64,000 bases of DNA, from contig NC_092676.1 in NCBI RefSeq assembly GCF_964355755.1, positions 24,446,871 to 24,510,870 on the forward strand. The letters run 5' to 3'. The DNA is from Antedon mediterranea. Taxonomy: Eukaryota > Animalia > Echinodermata. This document shows, one piece after another, positions 38,387 to 48,003 of this stretch. A program made the translations under genes and the position numbers. The notes beneath the pieces were generated by a model. It ran no database searches. It had not been told where the DNA came from and saw nothing but the letters and a program-made list of their open reading frames with translations. Each line of letters begins with the position of its first letter. Position 1 is the first letter of the stretch.

Positions 38387-41106
38387 TTAACTGTTATTGT
38401 CTGTTGGTTGACTAATTTTAGTAACAACCATCAGTGCACCAAGAAGTGCTACCGACCAACCAAAAACCATCAGTGCACCAAGTGTTACCAACCAACCAAA
38501 AGGGGATGGCACACAATAAACAACAACCATCAGTGAAAGAAGAGCTACCAACCAACCAAAAGGAGATGGCACACAATAAACAACAACCATCAGTGAAAGA
38601 AGAGCTACCAACCAAAAAAAATTGAATGATACTAAATTCACTGTAGAATCTTCACAAATTCCATAGTCGCCAAGTGTTTTTGAATCCTCTAAAACTATTC
38701 CCTTGTAGGTAAATCGTTGAAAGCACAAATGCTTTTTGGAAATCTTTTCTTTTAACTCTTTCACAGTTGATGATGATCGCAAGTCTTCAAATGTTGTTAT
38801 ATTTCCTGTGATTTCCGCGCACACATTTACATTGAAGGAACTATAAAATTATAGGAAAACAAATAAATTTTGTTTTTTTCATCTTACAATTGTTGTTTAT
38901 ACAAGGGAGTACTAATACTTGATTTCAACGTACAAATCTTTAAGCATACCTTGTACTGAAATACGATGACAGAGCCAAACCAGTTAATAGTGCAGCTGCT
39001 TCAGCCTCATCAAGCATTGATGATCCAGATACTAATGAACTTGTTTGTCTTCGTTCTGCTGTTTAATTAAATGGGAAGAAGAAAAAGTATGAAAATCAGT
39101 GGTGATTTAGGGTTATGTAAATTGAAACGGAGAAGCAATTTAAGAAATTTTCACACCAGTATTTAGGTATCTTACCTCTTGTGCCATAACCATCCAACGG
39201 GCTAAAAATGCAAAAAAATGTTATAAAATCAAGGTAACAATAAAAATAACACAAAATAAAACTATAAATAATAGATATTTATTTGATATAGTGTTTCATA
39301 CCACATAGAAGCTATGCAGAAGCATAGAACTAGCCTATTTGTTTCTTAGTGGGACTTTTGATATGTATATGTATACAAATATGTTCTGTATATAGAATAG
39401 AAGAGTACACTGTATGTAGAATTAGACTTACATGGATTCACCAACGATAACAGCTGACGATTCGTTTGTTCCCTGTGATTGGAAACTAAAACAAATACAA
39501 AATGGCATTATGCTTAATAGATGGAAAGACTACCGGTAATGTAGCTTTGAATATGCATTTTTTATAGGCCTTCCTGTTTATATTTTGTCATATATGCTTG
39601 AAAAGCAGCTCCCAGTCAAATGTTTTGTGTCAATTACAGTTACACAGACCTAAGCCAACTTAATAATTTATACTTTCTAGTTTTCGAAACCAGCAAAAGG
39701 AAATTGAGATTTCTTTTTGAAATAAAAAGGATTAAGAAGGAGAAAAAAACTAGTCAAACATAAAGAATTTTGTAAAATATATAACCATAACAGTAACTAG
39801 GACCCTTAATCTGTAGGTGGAAAGAAGCAGTGAATAAACACAAAGAAGCAACCAGAGAATGGAAAATTAGGTTAAAAAGATTTCTAAGATTGTCAAATGA
39901 TTTTTTCAATCCATGGGGCCTAAAATTGCTATGTCATTCTCCTTCCCACTTCTCATTTCATGTTTCCAACTTTTCCCAACATACTGTATATTATTTCCAA
40001 GAGATAATCCCAACAACTATTAGAAGTAGAAGCAAATGGGCAAAGCCCCTACTAAATGTAAATGACAATGGTTGTCTTTACCTGTCTTTCAGCATCATTA
40101 TATAATTGTTATTCTTCTTCAACCAGTTATTTAGGTGATTCAAAGTGTTTTTATAATCACTCACTGGTTCAAAAAGATTAATATTTTCATCAAAGAAGCA
40201 AGGAAGCTCTTTTTTTTTCAAGAAATCTAATAAAATGTTGATAAGTTCTTTAAACCGGATACCAAGATCGTCTTCTTTCCATATCTTGTCACTTCTTTCA
40301 TTAAGATGAAGCAGACATGTTTTGAGATGGTATGATTTTATCTTCCCAAATTGTGAACGTTGAATGAATGCAACTGCTTTCAAAACCTTTAAACATACAC
40401 GATGGTATATATCCATGCTTCGAATAAGTGTCTTCTCCTGTTGAGAGTAACTTCTACGCCAGAGATAGTTGAATACATTCTTCTTGTCAGGGATTTCATG
40501 AAAGCCATTGGCTTTGTGATGTCGCTTTGCAACAAGATATTGGCCTTGAAACTCGACCGCAGGGACCAAATCGATGTAAATTGTGACACCTCTGTATTTT
40601 ACTGTGAGTTGCTTTGCTGGATCATTATCTTGTAATTTAATTTGGTAGTCTGGTAATTCTCTTTCCATAAATACAACTGCATGACCGATTCCCGCTTGCA
40701 TCTTACGGCACATTAGTATTGGGCTTAATTGTCCATCTATAGTGCATTTTTTCCATGTTTCACCGTTGTAATGTATGAAATAGTAGCCTGGTGCATTATC
40801 TTTCTTAGTAATAGTAGGTGTGCTGTCTAACTTCAATGGGACAAGCAGGTCGAACTCAATAGGCTTGGTTACTCTCAGGCCCTCAAAGCTACTACCTTGG
40901 CAAATTACACGATCCATTTTCTCTTTTGTGTAAATTTGGAATTTATCTATGATGTTATTCACTATCATCCTAGCTTGTGTCCAATCAGATTCGTCGATAA
41001 CAACACATTTTTTGTAGAAGAGCATAAGCTCTTCTGATAATAATACATTTTTGTCATCTTCTTTACGTACATTTTCATTCTCATCATATAGCGACATTCT
41101 GTTCAT
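38387..41106 (-). CDS. cGAS-like receptor A (Mab-21 nucleotidyltransferase) predicted to be fused by splicing to a ubiquitin-like domain and transmembrane repeats, ~555 aa
   Basis: Exon 40082-41106 has QGSSFEG...EFDL...IDLVP (intact acidic triad), WRRSYSQQEK, SYHLKT and FFDENINLF. Exons 39432-39485, 39176-39201, 38950-39058 and 38387-38840 are all canonical GT-AG and phase-matched (2-2-1-2). The last exon encodes a UBL (STVKELKEKI...QRFTYKGIVLEDSKTLGDYGI..DSTVNLV) followed by hydrophobic repeats. Confidence 0.85.
38425..38615 (-). repeat. Coding repeat (60-bp x2 plus shorter derivatives) encoding hydrophobic WLVALLSLMVVVYCVPSPFG units
   Basis: Direct repeats of CAACAACCATCAGTGAAAGAAGAGCTACCAACCAA and ACCATCAGTGCACCAAG. 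Confidence 0.85.
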
Positions 41107-42559
41107 TTCTAAAAACAACAAAACTGAATATTTACCGTGTACTTTTCAAATCTTTACAATAGAAAAATCAATATATAGCTGATGAAACCATAATAGTGTA
41201 AGACATGAGACCTGGTATAGGATCACCTGGAACTCCATATAATATCTGTACCATGTATAATGTAGTTTAGTTTCTGTATTAAATAAAAATATTACAATTA
41301 GCTAGTTATACTTGTTTGAATATAGCACCGTTACCTGTAGATACTATTCCTCCTCCTAGTCTATGATTGAGGCATTGCCTTATAGAAAATAGTGATACTA
41401 AATAGGGCTCAGGTTAGCCAATAGAAGGCTATCTAAAGCCTGTTTATCCCAGCCTAAATCCACACATCTGAGGCCGTACCTTGATAGATAATATAAATGG
41501 TGCCCAAACTATTTAGTAATGTATTTTGTCTTCATTCATTACTACGTACGAGACCAGCCATATGCTATCATTATCAACACACCAAACAAAATGTTGACAT
41601 TTTTTTTTTTTTTGTGTGTTTGGTCCCGGCTACTGACTGTACTACTCTATAGGCTACAGTGTAATAGTGGGTCCTTAGACTCCTTACAAAATGAAAAATC
41701 AATAAAATCAAAATGTTCCCCTACTACTATGTTTTGTCTATCTACTAATACTAGCTAGGCCTATCAGTATACTGCTTAGCCTCAGTCAGGCAGTGCTCCC
41801 TCGCAGCGGCGGTGCGTCGGTGGTGTAGGAGGCCTTCAGGCACGTACGTGCGATCACAACCCAGATGACTAGGTAGGCCTATTAGTTTTACTACCTATTT
41901 TTTCCTATAAATATAAATAAGAAAGATGAATGATACTAATAACACTGAAAGAGTGTCTGTCTGTTTTACTCTTCAGTAATTTACTGCTCTGAGTCTTTGC
42001 GTGTCTCGTGTGATGTTATGGCGGTGCCTCCTCTCGACGTACGTCGTGTGTGTACTGTGTATATGATCGGATTGGCTGGTTGGATGTTGTTTTTGATTGG
42101 TCAGTAGTTGGTATATTTCTAAGAAAAATGTTTCACCACACCCACTTTTTTACCAAACTTATTGTTTTTTTTTAAGAATAAGATTTAAAAGGTTTCATGA
42201 AAATGTACAGTACAGTAGGCCATATATAATAGATCAAGTCAAATTCAATATAATAAACAACTCAAACATTCTGGGATGAAAAAGGCACTTTTTACTAATA
42301 TTAAGTCAAAACTCCGTCTAGAACATAGACTAGTCTTCTACTAACAGTAACATATGTATAGAGTGAACCGGGTTTTGCAATAATAACACATTCAATTAAC
42401 TAAAATACAGAAATAATATAGGACTTGTTTTTATTAGCATAATATTCCAGATATTTTAGCTTGGATTGTGACACGTCTCATTCTTTGTTCGCCAGTCAAT
42501 GAGTGCAACTTTTCTCATATCACTATACTAAATTATATGTATTAGGGGTTTTTTTGCCA

Positions 42560-43495
42560 CGTATCTAAACCACAATTATATTTACATTTTTGGAATAGTA
42601 CATTAATTCACAATAGGTAATACCAACCATCAATGAAAGAAGTGCTACAAACCAACCAAATGGAGATGGTACATAATAAACAACAACCATCAGTGAAAAA
42701 AGTAATACTATACCAACCAACAAAAAGAATATGGTTCTAAATTCACTGTAGAATCTTGACCAATTTCATAGTCGCCAAGTGTTTTGGAATTCTCTAAAAC
42801 TCTTCCCTTGTAGGTAAGTCGTTGGAAGCACATGGGTGGCATCATTTTATTTTTCGATTTTTTAAAACTCTTTGACAGTTGATGATGATCGCAAGTCTTC
42901 ATATGTTGTTCTAGTTCCTGTGACTCTTGAGTATACATTTACATTGAAGGATGCTTGGCAACATCTAAACCACAATATATTTACTATTTCCATCTTCGAT
43001 ATTTATATAATTACAATAATAGAATCCAAACCAAAACATTCATCATTTAGCGTAATATTGAGTAATCTTTGTACTTGATATATTGTCTGTAGGTTGACTA
43101 TTTACAGGAATAAATAATAAACAATCAGTGAAAGAGGAGCTAAATGGACAAGTAATTTAAAAATTGTTGATTTAAGAAATGAGACCTGACCAATATATGA
43201 AATTTTCTCCACTCCTACTGGGTTAATTAGAATGTCATTAAGTACAGGATTTATTAGTATGAAGTGAAAAAAAAACCCCAAAAAATAAGTTCTTACCTCT
43301 TGTGTCATTATCCTAATTCTGTGAGCTAAACATAAATTTAAACTATTACAGTACTAAATTATAGACATCTTTTAATTCTGCTAATTATATTGATTGCATT
43401 TCTAGAAACTAAACAAATTAGTTTCCTTAGTTATCCTATTTGTTTCTTGGCAGATTTATCATAAGCGCTGCTTTATTTATCCCTGTTTGAAAACT
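42560..43495 (-). pseudogene. Decayed UBL-TM tail exons of cGLR copy B
   Basis: Homologous to the tail of copy A, but the exon-2 donor is missing and the exon-3 homolog (43297-43325) has an in-frame TAG. The UBL (~42735-42950) is frameshifted at GAG TTT TAA, and there is a stop after WLV in the TM repeat. Confidence 0.75.
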
Positions 43496-43558
43496 TAAAC
43501 AAAATGTACAATATGATTTATTATTGTAAAAATGGAAAAAGCATTCTTAACAATAATC

Positions 43559-44583
43559 AATTAACAACATAGCATGCACACCTTGTCCTGCATGAACTCT
43601 ATGAATTAACAACATAGCATGCACACCTTGTCCTGCATGAACTCTATGAATTAACAACATAGCACGCACACCTTGTCCTGCATGAACTCTATGAATTAAC
43701 AACATAGCACGCACACCTTGTCCTGCATGAACTCTATGAATTAACAACATAGCACGCACACCTTGTCCTGCATGAACTCTATGAATTAACAACATAGCAT
43801 GCACACCTTGTCCTGCATGAACTCTATGAATTAACAACATAGCACGCACACCTTGTCCTGCATGAACTCTATGAATTAACAACATAGCATGCACACCTTG
43901 TCCTGCATGAACTCTATGAATTAACAACATAGCACGCACACCTTGTCCTGCATGAACTCTATGAATTAACAACATAGCATGCACACCTTGTCCTGCATGA
44001 ACTCTATGAATTAACAACATAGCATGCACACCTTGTCCTGCATGAACTCTATGAATTAACAACATAGCACGCACACCTTGTCCTGCATGAACTCTATGAA
44101 TTAACAACATAGCATGCACACCTTGTCCTGCATGAACTCTATGAATTAACAACATAGCACGCACACCTTGTCCTGCATGAACTCTATGAATTAACAACAT
44201 AGCATGCACACCTTGTCCTGCATGAACTCTATGAATTAACAACATAGCATGCACACCTTGTCCTGCATGAACTCTATGAATTAACAACATAGCACGCACA
44301 CCTTGTCCTGCATGAACTCTATGAATTAACAACATAGCACGCACACCTTGTCCTGCATGAACTCTATGAATTAACAACATAGCACGCACACCTTGTCCTG
44401 CATGAACTCTATGAATTAACAACATAGCACGCACACCTTGTCCTGCATGAACTCTATGAATTAACAACATAGCATGCACACCTTGTCCTGCATGAACTCT
44501 ATGAATTAACAACATAGCACGCACACCTTGTCCTGCATGAACTCTATGAATTAACAACATAGCACGCACACATTGTCCTGCAT
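43559..44583. repeat. Minisatellite, 45-bp unit, ~23 copies
   Basis: Unit TTAACAACATAGCA(T/C)GCACACCTTGTCCTGCATGAACTCTATGAA with essentially one variable position. Confidence 0.97.
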
Positions 44584-44917
44584 CTGAAATTGAGTAATTT
44601 GTAAGGCAGATCCTGTACTGGTTGAATTACAATTTTGAACTGAAACAAAAAAGATCATTGATGCATACAGTATAAGGAAGGAAATTTAGTAAAAAATAGT
44701 GTACTGTATCTACCAAAACTGAACTAAAATCTTGCATTATTAATTCATGTAAAGCTCTGTCTAGACTCAAACTGTATGTGAAAAAAAAAATGTGATGTGC
44801 CCATATATGGAAATGATGACATATCACTACCCTATTTGGGCACTTAACACTTTTTATGTCAAATTAAGACTAGAAGTAGAAAAGAATGCACCAAGCTCTG
44901 CTATTATATGGTTGTCT

Positions 44918-45940
44918 TTACCTGTTTTTCAGAATCCTCACAATGCTGGTGTCTTCAGTAAATTTGTAACTCAACCATTTCATTAGGTTATTCAAAGTGT
45001 CATCACTTATCGATTCAAACAGATTAATATTTTCATCAAAGAAGCAAAGAAGCTTCTTTTCTTTTAGGAAATGGATCAAACTATTAACAAGTTTTTTAAA
45101 CCAGACCCCAAGATCATCTTCGTCCCATATCTTGACGTTTCTTTCATTTAGATGAAGCAGGCATGTTTTGAGATGGTATGATTTCAACTTCCCAAATTGT
45201 GAACGATACTGGTGTGAGACTGCAACTGCTTTCAAAATCTTTAAACATACACGATGGTATTTATCCATGCTCCGAATAAGGTTCTTCTCCTGTTGAGAGT
45301 AACTCCTACGCCAGAGATAGTTGAATAAATTCTTCTTGTTAGGGATTTCATGAAAGCCATCAGCTTTGTTATGTCGCTTTGCAACAAGATATTGGCCTTG
45401 AAACTCTACCGCAGGGACCAAATCGATGTCAATTGTCACATCTCTGTATTTTACTGTGAGTTGCTTTGCTGGATCTTTATCTCGTACTTTAATTTGGTAG
45501 TCTGGTAATTCTCTTTCCATAAATGCAACCGCATGACCGACTTCTGCTTGCATCTTAAGGCACATTAGTATTGGGCTTAATTGTCCATCTATAGTGCATT
45601 TTTTCCATGTTTCACCGTTGTAATGTATGAAATAGTAGCCTGGTGCATTATCTTTCTTGGTAATAGTAGGTGTGCTGTCTAACTTCAATGGGACAAGCAG
45701 GTCGAACTCAATAGGCTTGGTTACTCTCAGGTCCTCAAAGCTACTACCTTGGCGAATTACACAATTCATTTTCTCTTTTGTGTAAATTTGGAATTTTTCT
45801 ATGATGTTATCCACTATCATCCTAGCTTGTATCCAATCAGATTTGTTGATAACAACATATTTTTTGTAGAAGCGCTTAAGTTCTGATAAAAATACATTTT
45901 CATCATCTTCTTCACCTACATTATCATCATATAGTGCCAT
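44918..45940 (-). CDS. cGAS-like receptor B (Mab-21 nucleotidyltransferase), tandem paralog of copy A; 340 aa unspliced or 343 aa ending in SKL if spliced to 44627-44639
   Basis: ATG 45940 follows an acceptor. Motifs QGSSFED...EFDL...IDLVP, WRRSYSQQEK, SYHLKT and FFDENINLF are present. It has the same AG|GTAAAG donor at 44922/44921 as copy A. Confidence 0.9.
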   Translation of the reverse strand: MALYDDNVGEEDDENVFLSELKRFYKKYVVINKSDWIQARMIVDNIIEKFQIYTKEKMNCVIRQGSSFEDLRVTKPIEFDLLVPLKLDSTPTITKKDNAPGYYFIHYNGETWKKCTIDGQLSPILMCLKMQAEVGHAVAFMERELPDYQIKVRDKDPAKQLTVKYRDVTIDIDLVPAVEFQGQYLVAKRHNKADGFHEIPNKKNLFNYLWRRSYSQQEKNLIRSMDKYHRVCLKILKAVAVSHQYRSQFGKLKSYHLKTCLLHLNERNVKIWDEDDLGVWFKKLVNSLIHFLKEKKLLCFFDENINLFESISDDTLNNLMKWLSYKFTEDTSIVRILKNR

Positions 45941-46559
45941 TTCTAATAACAACAAAAATGAATATTTACTATAATTAAGTGTAAGACATTAGGGCATGAG
46001 ACCTGGTATAGGAGCACCTAGAACTTACCATATACAGTATGATATTATAATAATGTCTGTTTATTACCATGTATATACTATAGTTTAGTTTCTGTATTAA
46101 ATTATAGTACCTTATAGGCCTGTCCTACTAATAATCCTAAATAATAATATAAATGGTGCCCAAACTATTTAGTACTATATATATCTTCTTTCATCATAAT
46201 ATTATGAGACCAGCCATATGGTTATGACATAAAATAACATTTTAGGGCGCTATATAGGCATGCAGAGAGATTAAATAATTTGTGTAAACAGTGTTTTTTT
46301 TTTAATAGTTGAGAGAGATTAGTTAGAGGGTTAGGCTTAGTATATTTAGGAAGTAGATCAGCTATCTTGCAATTCTTTATAAAAAAAGAAAAATGAAATG
46401 CATTATTATATTATAGGAAAAAAATGATGCATCCCGGCTACTTTAATAATACTTATACGAATAATAGTACTAATAGGCTAATATATAGTGGGTCCTTAAA
46501 AAATGAAAAATCAATAAAAATGTTCCCTACTTTATGCTACTACTAGTACTAGAGCCTAG

Positions 46560-47270
46560 GCCTATCAGTATCACTATCATTAACAAAATACTGCTCACCC
46601 TCAGGCAGTGCTCTCGCCGGCGGCGGTGGAGCACGTAGGCGGTGAGCCTACGATCGTAAACCAGATGACGAGACTGTAGAGGCCTAGTAGTAGTTACTAA
46701 CTGTTATCTTTTCCTATAAATATAAATAAGAAAGTTGAACGATACCAATAACACTGAAAGAGTGTCTGTCTGTTTTACTCTTCAGTAATTTACTGTATCA
46801 ACTTACAATGTTCTGAATCGCGTCTTGTTGTGTGTGTGGTGCTTAATTAAATGGCCTGGCGCTGCCTCCCTCTGTCTCACGTGTGTACTGTGTATGATCG
46901 AATTGGCTGGTTGGATGTTGTTGTTTCTGATTGGTCAATAGTTGGTATAATTAGAGTTTATATTCGTAAAGCTCTAGGTCTACACTATTAAACTTTATGT
47001 GACAAAAAAGCGTGATGTGCCTAAGGTAGTGATATGACATCATCATGTCCATATATGGGCACATCACATTTTTTTGTCACATAAAGTTTGATAGTGTAGA
47101 CAAGGCTTAAGAAATGTTCCACAGTCCACACTCAGTTTTTGCCAAATTTATTTGTCTTATTATTGAGAATAAGATTTAAATGAATGTTTCCTGAATTTAC
47201 AGTACAGTAGGCCTAATATAATAGATCGAGTCAAAATCAACACAAACAACTTAAACAATCTGGGATGAAA
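46560..47270 (-). promoter_or_regulatory. Duplicated 5'/promoter region of cGLR B (homologous to ~41760-42280 of cGLR A)
   Basis: Shared blocks ACACTGAAAGAGTGTCTGTCTGTTTTACTCTTCAGTAATTTACTG and double ATTGG (CCAAT box on the gene strand) occur in both copies. A MITE at 46969-47108 is present only in B. Confidence 0.55.
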
Positions 47271-48003
47271 ATCATGTGCTTTAATCTTAATTTTATTGTT
47301 CTGCATTGTTCAGTAGTAGACTGATGAGAACAAAAAACATTGAGTAGGCCTACACACACGCATCTATATTTTCGAGTACCTCATTATCAATAGAGAAATC
47401 GATAAATCAATAACAAAAGGCCTTTGTATAATTTGATTGAATACATCAAAGTGGTTTTTACATGTGTATAGAACATAGATACAATATCATATTGCACATT
47501 GCTAATAATGGTCAGTCGAGAAGAACAACATGTGTGATGTCACTGAATAAATAATAATGGCACCAGCCAAATGTTAATGTAATACTATAATATTAAATTA
47601 TCATAAATAATTATACATATCTGTTGGATTCATAAAACATTTTACCTTTATCAATGTTCAATCAAAATATAAACACAAAAGTGTTATTTGCTTTTAGCAT
47701 ATAAATTGATTACTCCACCAAGCACATGTTGTACAAGCCCTTACACCTTATTACGAATACAACTCATTGTGTTTTTGGCTTGTTATGTTGTATATTTATA
47801 TCATTTTGTTAACGAGGCAAACTATAATATAAATAATTGTTTAGGTATATTGGCAAGAATGAAATATTGCGCTCTTCCAAGTACTGACATTTTATGTCAT
47901 AAACTGCGAAAGTTCTTCCCCAAGTTACAGTTGAGAGTGTATCACCGACAAATGGGATCGACTGTGACGTTACTAAAAGAATGTCTGCCGCCCTCAACAC
48001 TCG

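Noticed and set aside
38418-38625. Alternative-frame and antisense ORFs over the TM repeat
   Set aside because: They are shadows of the 60-bp coding repeat.
38387-38840. Free ubiquitin or a conjugatable UBL gene
   Set aside because: There is no ATG at the domain start, an acceptor sits at 38841, and there is no C-terminal di-Gly. It fits a terminal exon of cGLR-A.
43547-44569. 340-aa repetitive ORF (RAMLLIHRVHAGQGV)n on the same strand as cGLR-B
   Set aside because: It is a by-product of a stop-free 45-bp unit. The adjacent acceptor at 44584 is phase 1 for this frame, whereas the cGLR donor is phase 2, which hits TAG after 12 codons.
38250-47270. Bacterial CBASS operon (CD-NTase + ubiquitin-like + TM effector) or contamination
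   Set aside because: The parts are joined by spliceosomal introns, carry host MITEs, and the enzymes have metazoan Mab-21 motifs (SYHLKT, WRxSxSxxEK). The resemblance to CBASS gene content is only an analogy.
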